From positions 1 to 38,091 of the IMG/VR virus record IMGVR_UViG_3300032373_000050: 38,091 nt of DNA. One strand, given 5' to 3'. The notes beneath the pieces were generated by a model that had not been told where the DNA came from, made no database searches, and saw only the letters and a list, made by a program, of their open reading frames with translations. Position 1 is the first letter of the stretch. Every line of letters begins with the position of its first letter. The position numbers and the translations under genes were made by a program. Source of the stretch: a virus. Lineage: Duplodnaviria; Caudoviricetes. This document shows, one piece after another, positions 27,375-34,482 of this stretch.

Positions 27375-27721
27375 GGTGTCTCCTCAAGCTCGTCAAGCTC
27401 ACTCTGAGCCTGATCTCTTAGTGATCGTAGAATCTCAGCCTGCCCAGCGGCGCGGCCTCTCCCGAATGCCTGCTCATGCTGGTACAGCGAGTCAGCAGCC
27501 AGCTTGAAGACCTTGCTTGCTGTAGGGCTCTGGAGAAGCCAGATCAGCTCTCTCCGTGTCTCCAGAGTCATCGCTGAGGGTCTTGGTAGTCCAGCAGCCT
27601 CACAGAGCCGCTCAAGCTCCTTCTGCCTGCCCGTGCCCTTGTTCCACCCGAGCCGCCCAGCATCGGAGTAGAACCGCACCTGTTCTTTGCGGGTGAAGCT
27701 GGGGTGATGTCCGTCTTTCAT
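27371..27721 (-). CDS. Hypothetical protein
   Basis: Start moved to ATG 27721 (MKDGHHPSF...), ATGA-coupled. Confidence 0.6.
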   Translation of the reverse strand: MKDGHHPSFTRKEQVRFYSDAGRLGWNKGTGRQKELERLCEAAGLPRPSAMTLETRRELIWLLQSPTASKVFKLAADSLYQHEQAFGRGRAAGQAEILRSLRDQAQSELDELEETP

Positions 27722-27822
27722 GCTGGCCCCACGATCCACCACAGTGTGATGACAGAGAAGAGGAACATAGCAGCCAAGAGTGTCAGGACCGCATCCCAGA
27801 GCCATCGGATCGCGGCCCTCAT
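27718..27822 (-). CDS. 34-aa single-pass membrane peptide
   Basis: MRAAIRWLWDAVLTLLAAMFLFSVITLWWIVGPA; GAGGT SD; ATGA overlaps at both ends; below the ORF-track cutoff. Confidence 0.6.
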   Translation of the reverse strand: MRAAIRWLWDAVLTLLAAMFLFSVITLWWIVGPA

Positions 27823-28043
27823 GCTGCACCTCGCGCCATGGATAGGAACCGGTGCATGCCGACTCTGCCTGCCCACGCCTCAGCCAACTCGAAGCCGACC
27901 TCATACGAGCGGAACCTCTCCGTCTCCGCGAACGGTGGCCACTGCTGTCGGCTACTGGTGTGCTTAAGGTAGGCATCCCAGCCTTCGCGCTCTGCGGTGC
28001 TGAGTGCATCGCGGTCTGTCAGCAGTGCCGCAAGTGCGCTCAT
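27819..28043 (-). CDS. Small protein, weakly Rmf/CrpP-like
   Basis: AEREGWDAY...PPF...SYEVGF; GAGGT SD. Confidence 0.6.
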   Translation of the reverse strand: MSALAALLTDRDALSTAEREGWDAYLKHTSSRQQWPPFAETERFRSYEVGFELAEAWAGRVGMHRFLSMARGAA

Positions 28044-28243
28044 GCTGCCACCTCGTGACGAGATGCGAATTCACGGTTCCACTTCCGGTCCGCTGCTGCC
28101 TGCTTCACGAAACGGATCTTCAGCTTCTCTTCTGCTGTGGTTGCCTGCTGGCTGAGGAGGCTGTCACACGCTTCGACAACAAGGTCTACGCCTGCATCAG
28201 TGTCTGCGAGTTGGTTGAGTAGCCGCTGTAGAATGTCGGTCAT
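28040..28243 (-). CDS. Hypothetical protein
   Basis: 67 aa, GGAG SD, ATGA-coupled. Confidence 0.65.
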   Translation of the reverse strand: MTDILQRLLNQLADTDAGVDLVVEACDSLLSQQATTAEEKLKIRFVKQAAADRKWNREFASRHEVAA

Positions 28244-28422
28244 TTGGTCTCCAGATCAATCGTAGGGTGGTAGGTGGTCAAGTACAGCGTGATCGCCTTC
28301 TCTGTGATGTCTGCCTTAGACACCGACTTACCGGGGCTGCTCTCTGCTGTGACAGCCTCCAGCACTGCATACTGGAGCGCCTCCGTGAGTCTCGTCCCGT
28401 ACTGTTTCCGCTTGCTCTTCAT
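28240..28422 (-). CDS. Ribbon-helix-helix (Arc/CopG-like) regulator
   Basis: RKQYGTRL...SKADITEKAITLYL; GAGGT SD before ATG 28422; first gene of a divergent operon. Confidence 0.7.
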   Translation of the reverse strand: MKSKRKQYGTRLTEALQYAVLEAVTAESSPGKSVSKADITEKAITLYLTTYHPTIDLETK

Positions 28423-28448
28423 GTCGTTCACCTCGTTTGTATACATAT

Positions 28449-28518
28449 CTAATAACGTCTATCTGTATCAACGCAAGAACAATATTATTCTTGCACTATG
28501 ACAAAGAGCAGTTATTAG
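28449..28518. promoter_or_regulatory. Dyad-symmetric divergent promoter/operator
   Basis: GCAAGAA(28473)/TTCTTGC(28488) and CTAATAAC(28449)/GTTATTAG(28511) share one symmetry axis; AT-rich. Confidence 0.7.
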
Positions 28519-28548
28519 TATTGTGTAAGCAAACAACGGAGCGACACC

Positions 28549-28755
28549 ATGACCGCCAGCGAAAAAGCCCACCGCGCAGACATGGAACTCGATGCAGAGG
28601 GCCTTGCAGTCTACGACCACAGCAGCGATACGGTGCCCTTCCGTGAGCCGCTTGCAGACCTTCACTTGGGCGCAGGCTGGGCCACCAAAGAAGACTGCGA
28701 CACCTGCAATCATCGCGTCGGCGGCACCTTCTGCTACGACCACGCACCCTTCTAA
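28549..28755 (+). CDS. Small Cys/His-containing hypothetical protein
   Basis: GGAG SD; CDTC...C..H. Confidence 0.6.
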   Translation: MTASEKAHRADMELDAEGLAVYDHSSDTVPFREPLADLHLGAGWATKEDCDTCNHRVGGTFCYDHAPF

Positions 28756-28798
28756 GACCCCTTCACCCGCCCTCGGGGGCACGCATCAGAGGTAGACA

Positions 28799-28999
28799 AT
28801 GAGCATCAAGTATGCAGACATGAATATTGGTCAGGCGACGATCAAGCTGCTGATCACTGAGCACATGATCAAACAGGGGCACCTTGTTTTTGATGTCGAT
28901 TTCAATGTCACCGATGAGCGCAAGGGCGGTGGTAAGTACGTCCACAATGTATCCGCCTCGGTCACAGTGGGCGTCAAGCCTCCCCCTGCTCACAACTAA
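28799..28999 (+). CDS. Hypothetical protein
   Basis: Starts at the ATG supplied by the repeat. Confidence 0.7.
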   Translation: MSIKYADMNIGQATIKLLITEHMIKQGHLVFDVDFNVTDERKGGGKYVHNVSASVTVGVKPPPAHN

Positions 29000-29007
29000 G
29001 GCACGCC

Positions 29008-29658
29008 TTGAAGCGCATCACAATGTTTGCCCCTGGCACCAGAACGGCGCGCAACCTTGACGAGATGCGTAAATACGGGTTCAAGGTGCTAATCAGCCCT
29101 CGTTATCTGGAGGGGAACGGCTGGAAGGCTCAGTGCTGGACTGACGGCACTGTAGCCCCCTACGCAATCGACAACGGCGCATGGACTGCGTACTCTCAAG
29201 GTATCCCCTTTGAAGAGGAGTTGTTTCTACGGACGCTCGATGCAGTGGGTGACGGAGCTGAGTGGATCTGCATCCCTGATATCGTGGCTCACCCCGATAG
29301 CCTCGCCTTCTCGCTCTCGTGGATGCCGCGCATGCTTGCCCGGTATGAGCATGTGCTCCTCCCTGTTCAGAATGGGATGACACCCGCACAGATAGCCCCT
29401 CTTATCGGCCCGCGCGTCGGGATCGCTGTAGGCGGTGACGATGATTGGAAGCTGGGTACGATCTATCTCTGGGCGCAGCTCGCCCGTAAACACAACGCCC
29501 ACTGTCATGTTCTCAGGGTCAACAGCCAGAAACGGATCCGGCACTGCATGATCTGGGGCGCGCAGACCGCCGATGGCTTGTCAGCTGCAAAATTCGCACT
29601 CTCAACACCCAAGCTGGACAAGGCTGTCCAGTGGAAACAGCAAGGACTATTCATATGA
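29008..29658 (+). CDS. DpdA/TGT-like transglycosylase (candidate 7-deazaguanine DNA modification)
   Basis: TGT-fold motifs in order: YAIDNGAW, IPDIV, LPVQNG, IAVGG, HCHVLRVN, TADG. Confidence 0.7.
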   Translation: MKRITMFAPGTRTARNLDEMRKYGFKVLISPRYLEGNGWKAQCWTDGTVAPYAIDNGAWTAYSQGIPFEEELFLRTLDAVGDGAEWICIPDIVAHPDSLAFSLSWMPRMLARYEHVLLPVQNGMTPAQIAPLIGPRVGIAVGGDDDWKLGTIYLWAQLARKHNAHCHVLRVNSQKRIRHCMIWGAQTADGLSAAKFALSTPKLDKAVQWKQQGLFI

Positions 29659-29789
29659 CCAAAAAGAAAGAACAGAAGATCCCGGCCTGTATCAAACGGG
29701 TCACCCCGAGTTGCTTCGGCTTTCACAAGGCTGGACGAGGATCTATCCCGACGACCAAAGCCCAGCCGATCAAGAAGTGGCACCTATAG
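29655..29789 (+). CDS. Small basic protein (44 aa)
   Basis: ATGA overlap with the DpdA-like stop, AAGGA SD; MTKKKEQKIPACIKR... Confidence 0.4.
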   Translation: MTKKKEQKIPACIKRVTPSCFGFHKAGRGSIPTTKAQPIKKWHL

Positions 29790-29844
29790 AGCTCTTCTAA
29801 GACCCCTTCCCCCTGCCCTCCGGGGCACACATCAGAGGTAGACA

Positions 29845-30102
29845 ATGGTACACCGCACAACCAATTCCACGGTGCTGTTTGAGGAGTTGATGTTGATGGC
29901 TTCAGCAGGGAACGCTGTAGGCGCGACCCTTGGCGCTCAGGCCATCGATCGCGGGCTCTGCTCCGGTGAGCTTGAGATTGACCCTATGGCGATGGCCTTC
30001 ACACGCTTAGGCACAGTCGGCTTCACAAAGAAGCACCCGTCCCTAGCGATGGTGTCTGTGAGCCTGAACAAGATCGCAGACAAGCATTACCCCGACCACT
30101 AA
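29845..30102 (+). CDS. Hypothetical protein
   Basis: Starts at the repeat ATG. Confidence 0.7.
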   Translation: MVHRTTNSTVLFEELMLMASAGNAVGATLGAQAIDRGLCSGELEIDPMAMAFTRLGTVGFTKKHPSLAMVSVSLNKIADKHYPDH

Positions 30103-30125
30103 ACCAGCACATCAGAGGTAGACAA

Positions 30126-30350
30126 ATGTGGTTGCGATACGAGACAAAACGGCTAACAAACGGCACCTTCACCGACACGCTCGGGCGAGTGCACAGCAAG
30201 ACAACGGGACAGGTTTTCAGCCGCCACCGATCACTAAAGGCCGCGCGCAGAAAGCTGGCAAGCCTGCGTCACAACAAGGTCAACATAGACTACAGCTTCG
30301 CTATCTGGGACACGCACGCAGGGTGCTTCCGCGATGATGGCAAGGCGTAA
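30126..30350 (+). CDS. Small basic hypothetical protein
   Basis: Follows a repeat copy; FSRHRSLKAARR. Confidence 0.7.
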   Translation: MWLRYETKRLTNGTFTDTLGRVHSKTTGQVFSRHRSLKAARRKLASLRHNKVNIDYSFAIWDTHAGCFRDDGKA

Positions 30351-30371
30351 ACAACACATCAGAGGTAGACA

Positions 30372-30746
30372 ATGAGCATCCCAAACCTTGCCGGACACCC
30401 CAGCGCTACTGCTGCCTGCTCTGCCGAGCTTCTTTCGGCAGGCATCACGCTCCACACGGTAGACCCCGGAACCAGAGAGGTGCCATCCGCAATGGGCGGC
30501 ACTCTGGGAGACTGGAGTTTCCGCCGCGCTTGGCGCTACTGGATCGCCTACATCGACGGCCCCGGCATCCCTCGTGACAAGGCTATCGCGTTCAATAAGC
30601 TATGGGGCTCAGAGGTGCGCGTCGGTGGCTACGCTGGCGGAACATCTGTCCAGCATGCCTACGGCTCCGCATCGCACGTCGGCTCATACCACATCAACAC
30701 AGCGGCAGGGCTCAAGGCTTTCGCTGAGCTCCTCCGCAGTCTGTAA
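30372..30746 (+). CDS. Phage hypothetical protein
   Basis: Follows a repeat copy; WSFRRAWRYW...VRVGGYAGG...YHINTAAGLKAF resembles a recurrent phage family (from memory). Confidence 0.75.
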   Translation: MSIPNLAGHPSATAACSAELLSAGITLHTVDPGTREVPSAMGGTLGDWSFRRAWRYWIAYIDGPGIPRDKAIAFNKLWGSEVRVGGYAGGTSVQHAYGSASHVGSYHINTAAGLKAFAELLRSL

Positions 30747-30806
30747 GCGCCCTGTAATAGCCAACTGGGATAGAGTCCCCCTTGTACCTGCAATAGAGGT
30801 CTGCAC

Positions 30807-31163
30807 ATGGGGGACAATTATTCAAGGGTGGCCAGCATCTATGCCGCGCTGAGCTTGAAGAGAACTGATACGAAAGATCTTGAGATCTACATCTCAGCCC
30901 TGAACCCTGAAGATCCCGAGGATGCCAAGCGTCTCGGGATCGCTCTGTGTGCAGCGATACAGAATCAGATCAGCGTGCACATGCTGGCGCTCGATGCGCA
31001 GGTGATCAGGCGAGCTTTGCTTTCAAGCTCTTCACCGCCTCATAGTAGTGCGTCTTCTCTGTGCTGCTTAGCGTGTCCCACCAGTCCTGCACCGCCTGCG
31101 AGGGGTCGGCCTGCATCTCTGTGTCAAAGAGTGCTGCTGTGGTTATGGCACCGAGCACCTTGA
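30807..31163 (+). CDS. Hypothetical protein, 3' end doubtful
   Basis: AGAGGT SD; first ~70 aa look protein-like; the rest overlaps the opposite-strand gene. Confidence 0.45.
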   Translation: MGDNYSRVASIYAALSLKRTDTKDLEIYISALNPEDPEDAKRLGIALCAAIQNQISVHMLALDAQVIRRALLSSSSPPHSSASSLCCLACPTSPAPPARGRPASLCQRVLLWLWHRAP

Positions 31164-31308
31164 GCCGGGCTGTGCCGTCCCCGCTGGTAACCACAGGCAC
31201 CGGGTCATGCCGAGTCGTTCCGGTCTTTATCCCCACCACATGCTCCCATCGGGGTGAGCCCCCATTCCAGACCCACATAGGGCCCTCGTTCACGGTGTTG
31301 TTTCCCAA
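31006..31308 (-). CDS. Hypothetical protein
   Basis: Likely TTG start at 31308 right after the upstream stop; last gene of the lysis operon. Confidence 0.55.
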   Translation of the reverse strand: MGNNTVNEGPMWVWNGGSPRWEHVVGIKTGTTRHDPVPVVTSGDGTARLKVLGAITTAALFDTEMQADPSQAVQDWWDTLSSTEKTHYYEAVKSLKAKLA

Positions 31309-31309
31309 T

Positions 31310-31501
31310 TCAGTGCACCTTTTCAGCAGGCATGTCCTCCGAGGATTCATCCCCCGAAGCAGCCCGCCGCGCGATGAGCCTATCAAGACCCTTTCGGCGG
31401 TGCCGCGGCTTTGTGCGCTCCTCTATCTTGCGCAGCTCGGCAAGCTCCTCTTCTGACAGGCTGGTCTGCACCGCTGCGATCGCTCTGGATAGGATGCTCA
31501 T
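31310..31501 (-). CDS. Small helical hypothetical protein
   Basis: LAELRKIEE...RRKGLDRLI; ATGA-coupled. Confidence 0.6.
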   Translation of the reverse strand: MSILSRAIAAVQTSLSEEELAELRKIEERTKPRHRRKGLDRLIARRAASGDESSEDMPAEKVH

Positions 31502-31752
31502 TTCTTGCCCTTCTCGTCTAGGTAGGTGACCAGCTTGAGCATGCCCTCTTGCTCGGCGCGTGCGGCAACCACCTCGGCGCGCAGGTCATTGAACGCAGCT
31601 GCGGCCACGAGTAGAGCCTTGGCTATGCCGCCGAGCCCAGCTGTGACCGCACCTATCAGAGCCGCCCACACCGCCCACTCTGGGTAGCTATCGGGGGCAG
31701 GTGGAAGCTCATCCCCAGCGAGAGCTATGCCGATGAGCCAGATCCAGATCAT
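31498..31752 (-). CDS. Membrane protein, holin candidate
   Basis: Short signal-like MIWIWLIGIALA, TM segment, coiled coil, basic C-terminus; same operon as the amidase. Confidence 0.55.
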   Translation of the reverse strand: MIWIWLIGIALAGDELPPAPDSYPEWAVWAALIGAVTAGLGGIAKALLVAAAAFNDLRAEVVAARAEQEGMLKLVTYLDEKGKK

Positions 31753-32042
31753 TCGCGCACCAAAGAGAACACGGCCTCAAAAGACCGGGCCTCCTCAACA
31801 TAGATTCCGCCACCTTCCAGCAGAAGGACATACTGGTCCACCCCAGCGCGGCAGACGCCCTCGTGGTTCTCTATCCGCAACTGATTGCACAGCGGCTTGT
31901 CTTTCAGAGGCTCTAAGGACACAGCGCCAGCCTCGTATGCAGCGCGCAGCCAGTCGGGCCACAACTGGGGCGACACGGCGAACCCGTAGCTCCAACGCAC
32001 CGCCTGGACTTCGAGAGGTTTTCGGCGGTAGGTTCCCATCAA
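31749..32042 (-). CDS. KKP/PGDYG-like phage protein
   Basis: YRRKPLEVQAVRW...IENHEG...DQYVL...GGIY...FEAVF. Confidence 0.65.
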   Translation of the reverse strand: MMGTYRRKPLEVQAVRWSYGFAVSPQLWPDWLRAAYEAGAVSLEPLKDKPLCNQLRIENHEGVCRAGVDQYVLLLEGGGIYVEEARSFEAVFSLVRE

Positions 32043-32335
32043 TCCTCACTCAGATCATCGAGAGTCATGCTCATACCGGTCTTGGCATTGAACCAGTCGA
32101 GGCCCAATTCTAAGATCCCGTCCTTGCCATCAATGACCAGATCGACCACGAAGCGGAAGACCCGATCGCTGATGAACTCTGCGATCCGCACTTGGATCCG
32201 TGGGCCTGTGAAAGAGATCTCTTCGTCGAGATAGTCAACCACCTGCTGGGCGGGGTCGTCTGGCCCACTAATGAGCAGCTCGCCCACGTTGCGTATGATG
32301 GCCTTGGGCTCACTCTGTGTCTTGATCTTGAGCAT
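32039..32335 (-). CDS. Hypothetical acidic protein
   Basis: 98 aa, AAGGT SD. Confidence 0.65.
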   Translation of the reverse strand: MLKIKTQSEPKAIIRNVGELLISGPDDPAQQVVDYLDEEISFTGPRIQVRIAEFISDRVFRFVVDLVIDGKDGILELGLDWFNAKTGMSMTLDDLSED

Positions 32336-32353
32336 AGCTATTTGTACCTTGAT

Positions 32354-32626
32354 TTAGTGTTTGGGTAAAGTGCCCACCCTGTCATATCTGCCGGTGTTCA
32401 AAGGCTGCAGACTCCCCCGCAGCGGGTGGCAGATACGACAGGGCAGGTCATAGAGAAACCAGCGCAGCCGATGTGATCCCACACCCCATGGGCTGCGACA
32501 CAATTCACGGTAGCAGCCTCCCGGAAGCTCCGATCGTTGCTCTGGCGGTAAAAGATGACGCACCCCACCACAAGACAGATATTGTCCTAGAAGTGACTGC
32601 CTATAGCGGAGTGCGTCAGTGATCAT
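32354..32626 (-). CDS. Hypothetical protein
   Basis: ATGA-coupled to the amidase. Confidence 0.45.
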   Translation of the reverse strand: MITDALRYRQSLLGQYLSCGGVRHLLPPEQRSELPGGCYRELCRSPWGVGSHRLRWFLYDLPCRICHPLRGSLQPLNTGRYDRVGTLPKH

Positions 32627-33045
32627 TGTGTAGGTCGCAGGTCTTCGCGGAGCTTCTCGACGCTGTAGCCTGGGCAGGCTGTGGCCGTGCTCCCGACCTG
32701 TCCGTGTCCGTAGATGTCATCGACTGTCAGGTCGTACCGCTGCATCATCAGACGACAGATGGTGAGCAGGTGCTTCCACATGTCCTCGGCGGGCTCGCCC
32801 TTGGTGTAATCACCAGCAAGACAGATACCTATCGAGCCATCGTTAGAGCCCTTGGCGTGCGCACCCATGATCTCCACGGGTCGCCCTATGGTGGTGTGAG
32901 GGCCGTAGTGAGGCACGCGGCATATGTAGTAATGGTAGCCGATCTGCGAGAATCCCCGGTCCTTGTGCCACCGCTCGATGGTCTCACGAGATGTATACTC
33001 AGGGCTCGCGCTGTGGTGCACGACGATGCTTGTGATCTTCCTCAT
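32623..33045 (-). CDS. N-acetylmuramoyl-L-alanine amidase endolysin (Amidase_2, T7 lysozyme-like)
   Basis: IVVHHSA, IGYHY, GRP...GAHAKGSN, SIGICLAG, GH, TACPG; start ATG 33045. Confidence 0.95.
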   Translation of the reverse strand: MRKITSIVVHHSASPEYTSRETIERWHKDRGFSQIGYHYYICRVPHYGPHTTIGRPVEIMGAHAKGSNDGSIGICLAGDYTKGEPAEDMWKHLLTICRLMMQRYDLTVDDIYGHGQVGSTATACPGYSVEKLREDLRPTQ

Positions 33046-33407
33046 CGTTTCCCGCCTCTCGGATTGTTCCTGAAGCGCTGCCGCTTGGGGTTGGCCTCGG
33101 CATAGCATGGGGTGCAGGTCCCGCTCTGGCGCGTGGTGATCCGGGTGCAGGTCTCGGTCTTGCAGGTGACGCAGGCGATGATCTCAGCCCTGTCCGCCTC
33201 GTCTGTGATGACCTCACCCCACGCCTCAAGCTCTGCCTCTGTCGCTGAGCTATCCATGTGAGAGGATCGCCGCGCCTTCACCCCGTACCGGACTAACACA
33301 AGGTACTTGTAGCGAAGCTCATCCCCTCCGCCCTTGTCCGTGCTCGACATCACCAGCCGGTAGCCTGCGCATCCTCTGGATCTGTATAGGGTGTGTGGTG
33401 CGATCAT
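33042..33407 (-). CDS. Hypothetical protein with CxxC...CxxC motif
   Basis: AGAGGT SD; CVTC...CTPC. Confidence 0.6.
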   Translation of the reverse strand: MIAPHTLYRSRGCAGYRLVMSSTDKGGGDELRYKYLVLVRYGVKARRSSHMDSSATEAELEAWGEVITDEADRAEIIACVTCKTETCTRITTRQSGTCTPCYAEANPKRQRFRNNPRGGKR

Positions 33408-33429
33408 GTGACCTCTGCTGTATGCTTAG

Positions 33430-33476
33430 ATGCTATGTCAGATTGACATACCCGTCAAGCGGAATAGATCATCTCT
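33430..33476. promoter_or_regulatory. Overlapping divergent promoters with inverted repeats
   Basis: Minus TTGACG(33458)-17bp-TAGCAT; plus TTGACA at 33443; inverted repeats ATGTCA-GAT-TGACAT and TTGAC-N6-GTCAA. Confidence 0.65.
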
Positions 33477-33740
33477 ATGAGACTCGCGCCTATCATCGCA
33501 CCCGAGATACTAGAGCACGCCGACAAGAGAGCGCGTCTGCTGGGCTTCACTTCACGCCCTGCATACATCGCGCATCTACTCGCTGTGCCTGCTCCTCTGC
33601 CAGATCTGCCCCCTGTGTGCTCTCTCGGCAAGCAGGTGACTCTGCGGGTGTCTGATGACTTGGGCGAGGCCCTCACCACCGCTGCGTCCAGTGCCGGGAT
33701 GACGCTGAGGGACTTCCTTTCTCGGCTACTGATGAGGTGA
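33477..33740 (+). CDS. Tandem ribbon-helix-helix DNA-binding protein
   Basis: Two RHH-like units (…GFTSRPAYIAHLL; KQVTLRVSDDL…GMTLRDFLSRLL); no SD, likely leaderless. Confidence 0.7.
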   Translation: MRLAPIIAPEILEHADKRARLLGFTSRPAYIAHLLAVPAPLPDLPPVCSLGKQVTLRVSDDLGEALTTAASSAGMTLRDFLSRLLMR

Positions 33741-34087
33741 ATATGAGCTACGATATTGATTACTGCACGGAAGACGATCAAGAACAGTTTGAAGGGATGT
33801 GCTCGGTCACATGGAACCTCGGCCCGATCTTCCGCGCCGCCATCGGGGCCTCCGGGATGCCGGACGGCCTGTCGGGTGGGATCAACGCATTCAACGGGCT
33901 CACAGGCAAAAAGTCAGAGCCATATCTATCTAAGGCAGTCGCGTGGATGGATGATCCAGCAAACACCGAGACGGTCGATGGTATGCTTCCCGAGAACGGA
34001 TGGGGCACACTGGACGGTGCGCGGCGCACGCTGTGTAGGATGCTTCGCTGGGGCCGCGCTGTCCCCGATGGTACTTACTACATTTAA
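33737..34087 (+). CDS. Phage hypothetical protein
   Basis: MSYDI...VTWNLGPIF...PENGWGTLDGA resembles a recurrent phage family; start may be ATG 33743. Confidence 0.7.
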   Translation: MNMSYDIDYCTEDDQEQFEGMCSVTWNLGPIFRAAIGASGMPDGLSGGINAFNGLTGKKSEPYLSKAVAWMDDPANTETVDGMLPENGWGTLDGARRTLCRMLRWGRAVPDGTYYI

Positions 34088-34116
34088 GATGGCCCCTAAA
34101 GAGCAGGCCCCCTGAG

Positions 34117-34482
34117 CTACGCTGTCCAGCGCTTCCATTTGCCGTGAACCACTACTCTGATGCCCTTGCTTTTAGCGTACTCTGCGCAGTCCCATGTGCC
34201 CTTGCTCGACTGCGTAGGAAAGGCCAGCACCAGGTCGGGCTTCTCGCTGTCGATCATTTCGTGGTTGCGCAGCGGGCCCGCTCTCCTTCCGTGTAAATTC
34301 CAGTCGGCATAATAGACCGCCGCTGGTCCGTCGCGGTGAGCCTTCCACCACTCGCGCGCGTGCAGATCCGCGCCCGTGGGGCAGTCCCCCACCCCTAAGA
34401 TCGAGGGCTGGAGCGCGTCGAGTAGCATCCACACTGCAGCCCAGTGCTCCCACCTGCGTGAGCCTGTGACGACGATCCTCAT
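34117..34482 (-). CDS. SLOG-family protein (YspA/DUF2493-like)
   Basis: MRIVVTGSR, GDCPTGAD, ADWNLHGRRAGPLRNHEM, LVLAFP, SKGT; start ATG 34482. Confidence 0.9.
   Translation of the reverse strand: MRIVVTGSRRWEHWAAVWMLLDALQPSILGVGDCPTGADLHAREWWKAHRDGPAAVYYADWNLHGRRAGPLRNHEMIDSEKPDLVLAFPTQSSKGTWDCAEYAKSKGIRVVVHGKWKRWTA

Larger units (their letters stand above)
28749..30380 (+). repeat. Four intergenic repeats with core CATCAGAGGTAGACAA
   Basis: Core at 28784, 29830, 30110 and 30357; the first two extend to ~53 bp from 28749 and 29794, including a GCCC-N4-GGGC hairpin. Confidence 0.92.

Noticed and set aside
29573-29800. 75-aa ORF ending PIELF at the repeat's TAA
   Set aside because: Overlaps the DpdA-like gene by 86 bp with no SD; 29655-29789 has better coupling. 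It may be a remnant of an earlier cassette
28749-30380. Repeats as a CRISPR array or integron attC sites
   Set aside because: Spacing is 250-1050 bp and contains whole genes; no cas or integrase gene; no attC-like long palindrome
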